Shown in pieces: positions 35,210 through 45,770 of a stretch of 61,273 bases of DNA. Numbering within the stretch: position 1 is the first letter of the stretch; every line of letters starts with the position of its first letter. The notes under the pieces were generated by a model that was given only the letters and a program-made list of their open reading frames with translations, ran no database searches and was not told the DNA's origin. The translations under genes and the position numbers were made by a program. The stretch is from a virus. Taxonomy: Duplodnaviria; Caudoviricetes. The DNA lies in the IMG/VR virus record IMGVR_UViG_3300033145_000471, positions 1 to 61,273 of that record, one strand, 5' to 3'.

Positions 35210-35314
35210 TACCCCCTTTTCATTTACATAGATCGTGCGGGGGCCGGGTTTTCTCTTTCGCGGAACCACCCGAATCTCCTTTCCCCGGCCTCCTGCACAA
35301 TTAATCTGGGTGAT

Positions 35315-35581
35315 GTGATGAAAATACGGCGGCAGTATTACTCGACAAGTGAAGTCGCAACGATTCTTGGTTGTTCTGCGCAGACCGTCCGCATCTGGTG
35401 TCAGGACGGCACTATCCCCGACGCGATCAAGCCGGGTAAACGCTGGCGCATCCCGGTCACTTCCGAAATATTCGATTCCTCTCCGAAGCATCATGATATC
35501 CCCGATAGTCCGTTCACCCCCGACATGACCGTCGCTGAGTTTAATGCGGCGTATGATCGGTTGAAAGGAGTGACCGCATGA
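35315..35581 (+). CDS. Excisionase-like HTH protein
   Basis: YSTSEVATILGCSAQTVRIWCQDGTIP...GKRWRIP. Confidence 0.8.
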   Translation: MMKIRRQYYSTSEVATILGCSAQTVRIWCQDGTIPDAIKPGKRWRIPVTSEIFDSSPKHHDIPDSPFTPDMTVAEFNAAYDRLKGVTA

Positions 35582-35850
35582 CCATGCAAAAACAGCATCA
35601 TCACCGGCACAATCCGAACCACGGGCGCACGTACATCGTCAGATACGCGCCTGCCCTCGGTGTTATCTGTACGTTCACTATGACATACAACGGGCACAAG
35701 TTCAACACTCCTTATTCCCATGCATTCCATGAAGCCTCCTTGCGGTGTCGCAAAATCGGTATTGAGAAGCCCGTCGCGCTGCTGGCGTATCGGGCGGACA
35801 AGGCGTTTATCCCCATCGCACAAGTAAACATGCACAGATCGGCGAACTGA
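35578..35850 (+). CDS. Hypothetical protein
   Basis: AAGGAG RBS; overlapping stop/start. Confidence 0.5.
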   Translation: MTMQKQHHHRHNPNHGRTYIVRYAPALGVICTFTMTYNGHKFNTPYSHAFHEASLRCRKIGIEKPVALLAYRADKAFIPIAQVNMHRSAN

Positions 35851-35881
35851 CACAATCTAATAAAACAAGGGGGTTTGCACA

Positions 35882-36346
35882 GTGTCGCACTCGACGTGGG
35901 AAGACAGTGATTGCCGGGTGATGCTCTACGGCCTGTTTCATCTGGCTGAGGACGGCCCAACGGTCAGGGACACCGCCCGCGCACTTGGAATGTCCGAAAG
36001 CCTGCTTTACAAAATCCTCACCGGCGAGAGACCGCCTGCCCCTGAACTGTTCCCCGCGCTTTTCAACATTACCGGCAAACTCGACATCATCAACTGGTTC
36101 GTAGCGCGGTGCAAAGGTCTCGCGCTGATAGACACCGCCGCTGCCGAGACGAACGGCGATATACGCGATGAAATCGAGGCGCTTGTCGTCGAAGTCGGCA
36201 GGGTAGCCGAACGCCGCAAGGCCGCATATGCAGATGGGCGCATCACCGGCTTGGAGCGCAAGGGTATGCTCGACGCCGCACAAGAGCTGTTCACGACGGC
36301 GAAGCAGCTCATTGAGGAAATCAAGGAGATCGGCTGTGAAGACTGA
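35882..36346 (+). CDS. cII: Phage regulatory CII-family protein (186/P2-like)
   Basis: HTH (ARALGMSESLLYKIL) plus E.G.......ADGRIT..E C-terminal motif. Confidence 0.7.
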   Translation: MSHSTWEDSDCRVMLYGLFHLAEDGPTVRDTARALGMSESLLYKILTGERPPAPELFPALFNITGKLDIINWFVARCKGLALIDTAAAETNGDIRDEIEALVVEVGRVAERRKAAYADGRITGLERKGMLDAAQELFTTAKQLIEEIKEIGCED

Positions 36347-36674
36347 CTGGAAAGCAGATGCGGACAGGGGCGTTGTAACCGGCGTTGACAATGGCGGCTG
36401 CCGTGTCCGCGTGGCGATGGTGTGGGGTAACAGCGAAGACGAGCTCATAGACCATATCGCCCTCATCGCCGACGCACCAAAAACAGCAGCAGAGCGGGAT
36501 CGGTTACGGGAAGTTAACGCGAAACTGGTGGCGGCCCTGGAAGAAGCCAAATCTGTCCTTGAACACTGCAGCAAACGACTGAACAAAAACGACAGGGAGA
36601 GCGCAACGGTGACGCTGATTATACAGAAACATACTATCATCTGTGCCGCCCTCGAAGCCGCGAAGGGGGAGTGA
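36336..36674 (+). CDS. Hypothetical protein
   Basis: AAGGAG RBS; LIADAP...LVAALE motif common in phage early genes. Confidence 0.55.
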   Translation: MKTDWKADADRGVVTGVDNGGCRVRVAMVWGNSEDELIDHIALIADAPKTAAERDRLREVNAKLVAALEEAKSVLEHCSKRLNKNDRESATVTLIIQKHTIICAALEAAKGE

Positions 36675-36675
36675 T

Positions 36676-37143
36676 ATGGCCGGGTTCTACAGCCCCGAGA
36701 TATGTAAATCATGCGGCGGCTCATGTTGCAAAGCAATGCCGGGTATTGTCTACCCAAGTGATCTCGAAACATGTGATGTCGAAACAATCGCCGCCATGCT
36801 CTTAACGGGCCAATATGCCCTTGATTGTTGGGAAGGCGACCCGCGATCCGGTAAAGATGAGCTTTATCAATGCCATTATCTGCGCCCAGCTACGATATGC
36901 GGTGATGGCATATATGATTATTCATGGGGCGGTGCCTGCGTATTCTTGGGCGATGGCGGCTGTAGGTTATCACCCGAACAACGTCCGCGCGGATGCCGTA
37001 TGCTTGAGCCGGTACAAGGTGATTCTCAGTGCAATCTTCATGGTCATACCAAACAACATGGTGCGCTCGCATGGTTGCCGTATCAGGATATACTCGAAAG
37101 AGCCGCAGAACTTGCACGTGTGAAAGGAGACAACACCGAATGA
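36676..37143 (+). CDS. YkgJ-family cysteine-cluster protein
   Basis: CKSCGGSCC...CVFL...C......RP..CR. Confidence 0.8.
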   Translation: MAGFYSPEICKSCGGSCCKAMPGIVYPSDLETCDVETIAAMLLTGQYALDCWEGDPRSGKDELYQCHYLRPATICGDGIYDYSWGGACVFLGDGGCRLSPEQRPRGCRMLEPVQGDSQCNLHGHTKQHGALAWLPYQDILERAAELARVKGDNTE

Positions 37144-37337
37144 CAGCCGATAATCAGTTCGTGCGCGACAGAGTTACCGTACACACAGACGCCATCATGA
37201 AACTGCTCGACAACACGCTGGAAGAGCTTGAAGAAGAAAAAATGGAGTGCGCTTGCCTGCGCGGTGAGATCAACAAGCTCTTGCGGGAGGCCGCACGGTT
37301 ACGCCGTGCACTTAACCGAGAGGCGGTAGAGGCATGA
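37140..37337 (+). CDS. Hypothetical coiled-coil protein
   Basis: AAGGAG RBS; overlapping stop/start. Confidence 0.5.
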   Translation: MTADNQFVRDRVTVHTDAIMKLLDNTLEELEEEKMECACLRGEINKLLREAARLRRALNREAVEA

Positions 37338-37509
37338 AAAGGCTTATTGAACCAATCAGGATGTGGTTCGCCCGGCGTATGCTCCAACGCGGCACGAGGG
37401 TTATTGAAAGCCTTGACGACACAATGGTCGCTGCCGGGTACAATCGCACACAGCGACGGCAGTTCTGGCGGGATTTCATCAAGAAGCAGACGACGCGGAG
37501 GCCCCCAAC

Positions 37510-37917
37510 ATGACAGACACCAAATCAAAGCCGACCATCAAACAGCCGAATCACATTATCATCGGGCACTTTCTCTGGAGTGACCTCGTCTGCCCCTGCT
37601 GTGACATGCTGAAAATCGTGCCGGCGCTGTACCGTCACATGGTCTTGCTCGAACAGCTACAGGCCGACGTTGGCTTTCCGCTGCGCATCATGTTGGGCCA
37701 CTGCTGTGCGCGCTACAACAAGCGGATTGGCGGCCCGGCGAAGTCCTGGCATCTGCTCTTTGCAACCGACGTATGCCCGGACGCAAACATCATCACCGCA
37801 GAGATGATGAGGGAAATTTACATGGCCGCGCTGGAATCAGAGTTCGGCGGCATCGGGCGGTATGACAATCATATCCACCTTGACCTCAGGCCTGAACGGT
37901 TGATCTGGAGAGGGTAA
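37510..37917 (+). CDS. Peptidase M15A-family protein
   Basis: CPCC, N..IGG..S.H...A.D, GGIGRY...IHLD.R. Confidence 0.8.
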   Translation: MTDTKSKPTIKQPNHIIIGHFLWSDLVCPCCDMLKIVPALYRHMVLLEQLQADVGFPLRIMLGHCCARYNKRIGGPAKSWHLLFATDVCPDANIITAEMMREIYMAALESEFGGIGRYDNHIHLDLRPERLIWRG

Positions 37918-37931
37918 AAAGGAGAACCACA

Positions 37932-38714
37932 GTGGAGCCGACAAGAGAGCAGATAATCGAAGCAGCAGAGAAGTATATCAAATACATCAAGGGCTTGCCG
38001 GACGAGAAGGAGCCGGAAGTGTTTGAGGCGGAGCTTGTCGGGTGGCCAGATGGAGCGTATACAAAATACGGCAAGTACAAGTTTATTAAAGGGAGAATTG
38101 AGATTGATCCGGATTGTACGCTCAATCGCCCATACGTTGACTTCGCCACCGATTTTGACCGCGACCGCTTCGAGCAGGTGAAGCTGGCGATGAGCAGGAA
38201 GGGGCAACGGTTTGAGGGACGCAGATCATCAATACACAGTAACTCAGCACCAGAAGATGCTGTTTTTGAATACACCGGAGAGTTTAGGCCATGCCCAACT
38301 GTCGAATGGCATAAGTATTGTGGTGAAGCCTATTGTTGCTGCTGTTCTTCTCCCGTCCATATCCTCCGCCTTGTCGAACCGAAGCTGGAGCTAAAGAAGG
38401 ACTGGCTGTATTGGGATAAAAAGCTCGACAGGCCGTTTCGCTATATCGGCGAGGAAGGCCCGAAGCTCTATGCAGAAAAGCATCCTGACGAACGCCTCCG
38501 CCCTGCCACACTGGACGATCTTGCCGTGGAACTGGAGGGGTGTGGTGATGTGTGGGCATGGGTAGACTCGGGTGGCGATATACGGTTGGGCGCACGGGGA
38601 AATTGTTGGTACACTGTAAATCGCATCGAGAATGATGTTGCCAAAGCGGTCGCCTCTGCTCTCAACATTCCGCTCATCTGCAAAGAGCAGGCGGATGCAC
38701 TTGGGTTGAACTGA
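37932..38714 (+). CDS. Hypothetical protein
   Basis: 260-aa ORF with GGAG RBS. Confidence 0.55.
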   Translation: MEPTREQIIEAAEKYIKYIKGLPDEKEPEVFEAELVGWPDGAYTKYGKYKFIKGRIEIDPDCTLNRPYVDFATDFDRDRFEQVKLAMSRKGQRFEGRRSSIHSNSAPEDAVFEYTGEFRPCPTVEWHKYCGEAYCCCCSSPVHILRLVEPKLELKKDWLYWDKKLDRPFRYIGEEGPKLYAEKHPDERLRPATLDDLAVELEGCGDVWAWVDSGGDIRLGARGNCWYTVNRIENDVAKAVASALNIPLICKEQADALGLN

Positions 38715-38720
38715 TAAATG

Positions 38721-38879
38721 GCGCGGGATGGCGCAATGGTAGACGCACGCCAGATAGGCGATTAGATAGGCGACGACATGCCATAGCCATCTATAGGGAA
38801 GAAACAGGCTGGCATTCCACAACTGCTGATGGGCTAAAAAGGTCGAAAATGCAGGGTTCGAATCCCTGTCCCGCGCCGA
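38721..38879 (+). ncRNA. tRNA-like RNA with a ~100-nt insert replacing the anticodon arm
   Basis: Acceptor CGCGGGA/TCCCGCG, D arm GCG-CAATGGTAGA-CGC, perfect T arm CAGGG-TTCGAAT-CCCTG. Confidence 0.65.
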
Positions 38880-39196
38880 ATGAAAGGAGTGAACCATGAA
38901 CAAGCGAGCAAGAGCGCTAAAGCGCAAGGGGTTCAGAAGATACACGGGGGGCGGAGCTCCTGCAGAGACAATCTCAATCGGCACCGACACTGACCCTTCC
39001 ATACACATGCTTGTTTCATACCGTATCCATGCAGCAAAAGAGAAGTACCACATGGTAAAGGTGGGAAGGCGAATAAATTGATTAGTATGGCGCGGGCATC
39101 GTGAGGCAGCGTAAGTTCTGCGGCGCGAATGTGCGTAGGCAGACACAGCGCCCGGCGCTGAAACCGACAACACCGCGAGCCGACAGGGGGGACAAT

Positions 39197-39481
39197 ATGA
39201 GACTATTCATCGAAGCGGATGACGGAACGCTGACACCGACCGACAGGACAATCGAATCCGTCGAAGCACTCGACCGCGACATGGACGCGCACCCGGAGAA
39301 TTATGGTAACAAAAGATGGCGGCCAGTCACCAGCAAGATCAAGACCCGCCAAATCATTCAGACCACCATGTTCAAGCGCAAAATCCTCACGGATGTAAAA
39401 TACAAAAACGCTGATACCACAACTGTAGTGGACACTGACAAATCCAGCGCGGTAAAACCCGACAGCAAGTCCGGGAAATAG
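39197..39481 (+). CDS. Hypothetical protein
   Basis: AGGGGG RBS. Confidence 0.5.
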   Translation: MRLFIEADDGTLTPTDRTIESVEALDRDMDAHPENYGNKRWRPVTSKIKTRQIIQTTMFKRKILTDVKYKNADTTTVVDTDKSSAVKPDSKSGK

Positions 39482-39507
39482 CGCGACGGCTGAGAAGGTA
39501 AAACAGG

Positions 39508-40341
39508 GTGATAACTGAACTCACGCAGTCAAGCATCGGCATGTTTTTCAGGTGCGCGGCGCAATTCGAGAAACGTTACGTCAATGGGATAATCATACCG
39601 CCCGGTGTAGCGGCAAGAACCGGCAGCGGTGTACACGCGGGCGCGGAACACAACTACCGATCCGTTGTCGATAATGGCGAACCTGCGCCGCTTGACGAAG
39701 TCCAGGACGTGACACATGACAGATTCGTCAAACTCGTTGTCGATGAAGGTTGCTGGTTCAGTGGTGACGAGGTGTCAGAGAAAAAGCGCATACTCGGCGA
39801 AGGTCTCGACAGCGCAATCGCTATGTCAACTTTCTATCATCAGCAATTCGCCCCGCTGGACAGGGAAATCGCACTGGTGGAAGAACGGCTGTACGCCGAT
39901 CTTGGCTTCGGTATCCCGGTGAGCGGCAAGCCGGACTTGATTGCGGACGGTGTGCTGCGCGACATCAAGACGAGCGGCAAGCGATGGGCTGCCGGGCGTG
40001 AAGATGAAGAGATACAGCCGACGCTCTACAGGATGCTTCTCCGCGATAATGGTTTCGGCAACCTGCCCGCCGAGTACCGGATAATCACCAAATCGAAGAA
40101 AGCCCCGAAAGACAATGCGGCGATATGGGACGAGAAAACGGGCGTGTGCGGAGAGATACGCCGGGCGGAACGGACACCGGAGCATGAAAAGGCATTGAAA
40201 GCGCGGGTCAAAACGATGGTGGACATGCTCAGTGCCGGTACGTTCCCGCCGTCATCACCCGGAACGTGGTGGTGCTCGCCGAAGTGGTGCGGGTATCACA
40301 GTATTTGCCCGTATGTCAAAGGCAAGATAATAGATGTGTAA
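39508..40341 (+). CDS. PD-(D/E)XK exonuclease (RecB/Cas4-like)
   Basis: GSGVH, E..L, GKPDL...DIKT, Q..LY, C-terminal WWC..WC.Y..CP. Confidence 0.85.
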   Translation: MITELTQSSIGMFFRCAAQFEKRYVNGIIIPPGVAARTGSGVHAGAEHNYRSVVDNGEPAPLDEVQDVTHDRFVKLVVDEGCWFSGDEVSEKKRILGEGLDSAIAMSTFYHQQFAPLDREIALVEERLYADLGFGIPVSGKPDLIADGVLRDIKTSGKRWAAGREDEEIQPTLYRMLLRDNGFGNLPAEYRIITKSKKAPKDNAAIWDEKTGVCGEIRRAERTPEHEKALKARVKTMVDMLSAGTFPPSSPGTWWCSPKWCGYHSICPYVKGKIIDV

Positions 40342-40355
40342 AAAAGGAAAGCGAA

Positions 40356-40820
40356 ATGAGCAATTATACGGTTGAATTCGACGAAACCCACGGCAGGTAT
40401 CGCATAGTAGGGGCAGTAATGCCACTAGGCCATCGCTGCGGATACATCGGCGTTGACGAGAAACACCCGCTTTTCGGGAAGGACTATGGCGTTGAACTCC
40501 CGGCCGATAAGTTCGGGCACCTGTTGGACAGAAACGTCGAGGATGAGCGCGCTCCGTGGGCTGAAATGCTTGTTGCATCGGGCGCCGAAGGTCATTACAG
40601 GCTTTCTATCCTTATTGATGTTCATGGGGGGCTTACGTTTTCAAGCGGCAAAAAACAATCAACATATCCGGTCAAAAAGAGAAACAAAAGGTGGTGGTTC
40701 GGATTCGACTGCAATCATCTGCATGACAGTGAGAATCCAAAATCGCAAGAGTATGTCTACGCCGAATGCCAGAAGATGATTGAACAGTTCAAGATGTTTG
40801 AGAACGTGGATAAGGAGTGA
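40356..40820 (+). CDS. Conserved hypothetical phage protein
   Basis: HRCGYIGV...HP, VHGGLTF, WWFGFDC.H. Confidence 0.7.
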   Translation: MSNYTVEFDETHGRYRIVGAVMPLGHRCGYIGVDEKHPLFGKDYGVELPADKFGHLLDRNVEDERAPWAEMLVASGAEGHYRLSILIDVHGGLTFSSGKKQSTYPVKKRNKRWWFGFDCNHLHDSENPKSQEYVYAECQKMIEQFKMFENVDKE

Positions 40821-40826
40821 GAAATC

Positions 40827-41996
40827 ATGAATGATTTCGATGACGCAAAAGTGGTAACGCCTGAAGCGGTGCAAATGGACTATGGGGACGGCGTGGACGA
40901 CAGAAACCAAATAATAGAGGCTTCGGCGATCAATTCCATCACACGAGCGGAAATCGACGTACAGATCGCAACAGCCCACAAGTTCCGCCGTTCCGTCGCG
41001 GCATTCAAAGAACAGGCCCTTGCAATGGCAACGCTCGACGAAGAAACGGCGGCCTCGTGTTTCTATAAAATTCCCCGTGGCGGCAAAGTGATCGAAGGCC
41101 CCAGCGTTCGGCTTGCCGAGATCATCGGTTCATGCTGGGGGAACATGCGCTACGGCTCCAGAATCGTTGATGAAGAACGGGATTACGTGACCGCGCAGGG
41201 CGTGGCGCACGATCTCGAAAAGAACGTGTCCGTAACAATTGAAGTCAGGCGGCGGATTACAGATAAAAGGGGCAAAAGATATAATGCCGACATGATACAG
41301 GTGACGGCAAACGCCGCATGTTCTATCTCGCTCAGGAATGCAATTTTCAAAGTGATCCCGAAAGCATTCGCAAACAGTATTTACGACGCGGCGAAACTCG
41401 TTGCTATTGGCGACGCCACGACCCTTGTCGAGCGGCGAACGAAAGCGATTGATTATTTCACAAAAATGGGAGTGATGCCAGAACGTGTGTTCGCCGTGCT
41501 TGGCAAGGACGGTATCGAGGACGTGAATCTGGAAGACCTCGAACTGCTTACCGGCCTGAAAACGGCAATCAAGGACGGGGACACAACCGTCGATCAAGCA
41601 TTCCCGCCGCTCGAAGTGAAAAAGAATTACAAGGGCAGTGACAAGGCAGTGGAGCCGAAGGCCGCTCCCGTCAACACCGACACCGGCGAAGTCAAGGAGT
41701 CGGAGCCGAAGCCCGCCAAGAAAGCCAAGTCCAAGCCGGAGCCGAAAACGCCGGGACAGTTCATTGGGGCGATTCAGGATCGCGCCGTAGTCTACGGCTG
41801 GAGTGACGGGTTGCTCCTGAACATTGCGCGGCATATCACAAAACAGACGGACATTGAAGGTCTGGACGAGCTTGCCAGACCCGAACTGGAGATGTTGTAC
41901 GACACGCTGTCTGACGAGGATGCGACGCTCAAAGCAATCGAGGACTACGAGGCGTCGCTGGAAAAGGGCGATGACTTGTTCAAGGACAAGCAATGA
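40827..41996 (+). CDS. Putative ssDNA-annealing/recombination protein
   Basis: Near the exonuclease; Y..PRGGK.IEGPSVRLAE...WGN core with an acidic/Pro-Lys tail. Confidence 0.55.
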   Translation: MNDFDDAKVVTPEAVQMDYGDGVDDRNQIIEASAINSITRAEIDVQIATAHKFRRSVAAFKEQALAMATLDEETAASCFYKIPRGGKVIEGPSVRLAEIIGSCWGNMRYGSRIVDEERDYVTAQGVAHDLEKNVSVTIEVRRRITDKRGKRYNADMIQVTANAACSISLRNAIFKVIPKAFANSIYDAAKLVAIGDATTLVERRTKAIDYFTKMGVMPERVFAVLGKDGIEDVNLEDLELLTGLKTAIKDGDTTVDQAFPPLEVKKNYKGSDKAVEPKAAPVNTDTGEVKESEPKPAKKAKSKPEPKTPGQFIGAIQDRAVVYGWSDGLLLNIARHITKQTDIEGLDELARPELEMLYDTLSDEDATLKAIEDYEASLEKGDDLFKDKQ

Positions 41997-42304
41997 GCCA
42001 TGAATACGAAAATACGCGGCGCATACGGTATAGCGGCGGAGCAACGTTCGTGCCTGTCTGCGAGAAGTGCGGATAGTATCAAGAGACAGACAGGAAATAC
42101 AGGATTTGATCACGGACATACTCGACGATGTGTCAATGGATATTGAAATACCATCAAGCAGAGACGTCGAACGCCGCTTGGATTCACTATTCAGATAGCC
42201 GGAGACACCGGCAGGGGCGGGCAGAGTTCTCGATTTGCTCACCCGCCCGATAGATTGCAGGCGCGGGTGGCGGAATGGGAGACGCTATGAGGGGAGAAGG
42301 TTAC

Positions 42305-42937
42305 ATGGAAGAATATCATAAGATTCAAACTGTATTCAAACGCGATCCTGATACAAAGTACAAAACACTGTTGTTGGGCGTTTATTCCACACCTGAAATT
42401 GAATATTTATCGGGGTGTGACTGGGTATTTACAGAAAAGGTGGATGGTACAAATATTCGTATCATGTATCGGAATGGCAAAATAACATTCGGTGGTAAAA
42501 CCGAACAAGCACAAATTTCCGCACAACTCATCTCTGTTCTGGAGGAAAAGTTTTTTCCAAGAAAAGAGCAGTTTATAAACCAGTTCCCCGATGGTGTATG
42601 CTTCTACGGAGAAGGATATGGTGCGAAAATAAAAAAAGGCGGGGGAAACTACAGATCGGATCAATCGTTTGTGCTGTTTGATGTAAAGATCGGCGGCTGG
42701 TGGTTGCGGCGTCAAGCAGTCGAGAGCATCGCAGAGGATTATGACTGTGATGTTGTACCGATTATCGGGAGCGGTACAATAGATGACATGGTGTTAAAAG
42801 TGCAGGACGGTTTTGATTCGAGATGGGGTAATTTTACTGCCGAAGGAATTGTTGCTCGTCCGAGAGTTGAATTGTTTGGGCGGGATGGGAGTAGGATTAT
42901 AACAAAACTCAAATATAAGGATTTTGCGCATGTGTGA
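42305..42937 (+). CDS. RNA ligase (Rnl2-like nucleotidyltransferase)
   Basis: EKVDGTN, YGEGYG, FVLFDV, EGIV, KLK. Confidence 0.85.
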   Translation: MEEYHKIQTVFKRDPDTKYKTLLLGVYSTPEIEYLSGCDWVFTEKVDGTNIRIMYRNGKITFGGKTEQAQISAQLISVLEEKFFPRKEQFINQFPDGVCFYGEGYGAKIKKGGGNYRSDQSFVLFDVKIGGWWLRRQAVESIAEDYDCDVVPIIGSGTIDDMVLKVQDGFDSRWGNFTAEGIVARPRVELFGRDGSRIITKLKYKDFAHV

Positions 42938-43262
42938 CATATGCGACATAAAAAGGGACGCCCCGTTCGGCTTCCACGGGGAGAAGCGCAAGGTTCTTAA
43001 TCTTTGCTCCCTCCACGAGGTGTTACTGCTGGACTTCCTGCTCCGGCGCATACCGGTGAAGTTGACGGAGGAAGCATTTAAACACATGACAGCAATGAAG
43101 GAGAAATGACATGGGACTTCCTCAGATTTTAGTAGCTATGTATCTGTTTGTGCTTGGCCTGCTCTTTGCAGCTATTGGAGCTTTTATTAGTACGAAGACT
43201 TCGGAACTCATAACATCCATACTTTTCGTTTTCGTACTAATTAATACCCTTGTTTTGCTTCT

Positions 43263-43670
43263 TTGGTGGGGAGGGTTTTGGGGATGATGATACGCGAAAA
43301 TGATATAGCTGTGACTCGGGATATGACCATTAAAAGCCTGAATCAGTTGCTTAGTGAGAAGAGAAAAGAAGTTATCGGCCTCCATGAACAGCTTTCCAGC
43401 AAGTCAGCATTGCTGATGAAAGTAGAGGCGGAAATCGCCCGTCTCAAGGCTCTGCTGAAGCCATTCCGGTGGACGAGTGAGAAACCGACGGAGCCGGGGC
43501 TGTACAGCGTGCGCGTCAAGGGTAAATACAAAAGAACTGTAGTTGAAGTTTTTGAAGATGAATACGGGGCACTTGTTGTGTATATTTTAGGCGTGGATGA
43601 GGCTATCCCAATGGCTGACATGGATTGCCAATGGTCTGACAGGCCGATACAGATGCCAGAAGAGGAATAA
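43263..43670 (+). CDS. Hypothetical protein
   Basis: WTSEKPTEPG.Y motif common in phage ORFs; start uncertain. Confidence 0.45.
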   Translation: MVGRVLGMMIRENDIAVTRDMTIKSLNQLLSEKRKEVIGLHEQLSSKSALLMKVEAEIARLKALLKPFRWTSEKPTEPGLYSVRVKGKYKRTVVEVFEDEYGALVVYILGVDEAIPMADMDCQWSDRPIQMPEEE

Positions 43671-44273
43671 GATGAGTGGATACGATGATATTAACCATCC
43701 CGGTAATAGCAAGAAATATCATACCGGGAAAGAGTGTATTACAGAGGGCTGTCATAACCCTGCTGGTACAGCATGGGGGCCGTATTGGTGTTTTGAATGT
43801 AATGTGAAAAGGATAAACAAAATAGATAAACAGTTTGAAAAACTTCTTAAATAGGACTTGCCATGAGAATCTACACCGCAACGCCATCCGAAGTAGAGCA
43901 TTTTCGCAATGCCGAGACAGCAATAATAGTTGTGCCGACAATGCGGCCTTCATGATGAAGTTCCGCGTCATAGGTAACGATGTCAAGCGGGTGCAGGAAA
44001 CTATGCCCGAAGACTTTCCCTTTTGGACGCGCTGGCGGCATTCGCATCATTCCGTGGGCGGTAACGCAGTTGGAGGCTGGCGGCGAAATGGAGGCACCGG
44101 ATGGAGATAAGAGATAGTATTGAAGTTGGCGTTGATATAGATGAAGAGAACGCAAAGAAATGCGGGGGTTCATGCGAATTCGTGGATTCCGATGGCTATT
44201 GCTGGCTTTATGGAGAATGGACAGAGGGGCATACTCGTATTGAAAGATGCACAAGAGATTTTGAGGCTGAATA

Positions 44274-44537
44274 ATGGAGATCAGGATTAGCAAAACTGCG
44301 GCACAGGACATGGGTGACGCGTATTTCGCAAAGGGTGCCCACGATGAAGTTGTCGTATCAGCATATGGCAACGCGACTATAATGCTCAAATGGAGTGAAG
44401 AAAAAATGCCGCCGTTCGCAACGGTGCATCTTGACCGTGCTACCGTATGGGAGATTGTGACAGGGATGATTCGGCGCAACTGCGGCAAGGTGCTGAGGGC
44501 GGCCATGAAAGAATTTATGGGCAAGGAGGACGATTGA
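44274..44537 (+). CDS. Hypothetical protein
   Basis: GAGG RBS; stop overlaps the next start. Confidence 0.45.
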   Translation: MEIRISKTAAQDMGDAYFAKGAHDEVVVSAYGNATIMLKWSEEKMPPFATVHLDRATVWEIVTGMIRRNCGKVLRAAMKEFMGKEDD

Positions 44538-45406
44538 TGCCGACTGATATACCATACACCGATGAAACATGGAACCCGTGGCAGGGCTGCCACAAGGTCA
44601 GCCCGGGCTGCGACAACTGCTACATGCACCGGGACAAGAAACGCTTCGGACAGGACCCGACGAAGGTCATCCGCTCTGCCGACCGCACGTTCTACGCTCC
44701 GATGAAATGGGCAGATGGCAAGTTCATCATGGTCCCGTCATGGAGCGATTTTTTCATCGAGGAGGCTGATCCCTGGCACATTGATGCAATGGAAATCATG
44801 GCTGAATGCCCACAACACACATTTCTGGTGTTTACAAAACGCCCCGAACGAGCCATCGAGTGTATCTATGGGAAGACTGGCGGATGGTATCTCGGTGGTG
44901 GCGATTATCTGCCGAATGTCTGGTGGATTGTTACGTGTGAGAATCAAGAGATGGCCGATAAGCGTATTCCAGAATTGTTCAAACTCCGAGAAAAGTCTTC
45001 GGGCTGGCCCGTACTCGGTGTGAGCTACGAACCGGCGCTGGGGCCTGTGGATTTCGCGTATGTGTCGGCAACAGAAATGATGCTGAAAGGCATACAAGAG
45101 CCACGGGGTATTGACTGGCTCATCATGGGCGGCGAGAGTGGCCCGAACGCAAGGCCGATGAATCCGAACTGGGCGCGGGCGGTGCGTGACCAGTGCATCG
45201 CAGCGGGTGTGCCTTACTGGTTCAAGCAGTGGGGGGAGTGGGCGCCAATTCACGAAATGCGGGCTAATGAGCCAGGCATCAAGGGAAAATTATGGCACAA
45301 TTTCGACCCAGACACTACTGTCTGTAGAATCGGGAAAAAAGCCGCAGGTAATCTCCTTGACGGCCAGCGATGGGAGCAGAGGCCAGAGGTGACCGATGCG
45401 GAATAA
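44537..45406 (+). CDS. DUF5131 / phage Gp37-Gp68 family protein
   Basis: WNPWQGCHKVSPGCDNCY, TKRPER, IDWLIMGGESG, FKQWG. Confidence 0.9.
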   Translation: MPTDIPYTDETWNPWQGCHKVSPGCDNCYMHRDKKRFGQDPTKVIRSADRTFYAPMKWADGKFIMVPSWSDFFIEEADPWHIDAMEIMAECPQHTFLVFTKRPERAIECIYGKTGGWYLGGGDYLPNVWWIVTCENQEMADKRIPELFKLREKSSGWPVLGVSYEPALGPVDFAYVSATEMMLKGIQEPRGIDWLIMGGESGPNARPMNPNWARAVRDQCIAAGVPYWFKQWGEWAPIHEMRANEPGIKGKLWHNFDPDTTVCRIGKKAAGNLLDGQRWEQRPEVTDAE

Positions 45407-45770
45407 ACCTGAATGCAAACCAAGCGAGCATGAATTTGAAGAGCATGGTGACGAGGATACTAAAGTCTGTGTCGTTTGTGGCTTGTTAATGGAGCGACGC
45501 TGTGAATATAAATGGGTCAAGGCAGGATTTGTTGAATTGGAGGATGACTGATGCAGAATAGACTATACGCCCGCGCTATAAGCCCCCTCCATTTGTTTGG
45601 TTTTGATAAATGTATTCGGCAAATGGGATATGATGAAGCAGTAGAGCGTCTACGACGAATGCTCCCAAACGGGCACGAAGCAGACGAGCCTATTATGACA
45701 ACCGAACAGGCAAAACGTATGATAGAAACAAGGGAATATCCCGCTGAACTTTATAACAAAGAGGTATTCA

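Noticed and set aside
36676-37143. Flagellin methylase FliB as part of the flagellar theme
   Set aside because: Only the generic YkgJ CxxCxxCC domain is present and it is too short for FliB
39508-40341. Cas4 of a CRISPR system
   Set aside because: Sits in the recombination module with no cas1/cas2 or array
41130-42242. Long minus-strand ORFs (also 35807-36787, 27149-28111, 25823-26740)
   Set aside because: Antisense shadows of well-supported plus-strand genes, with no motifs
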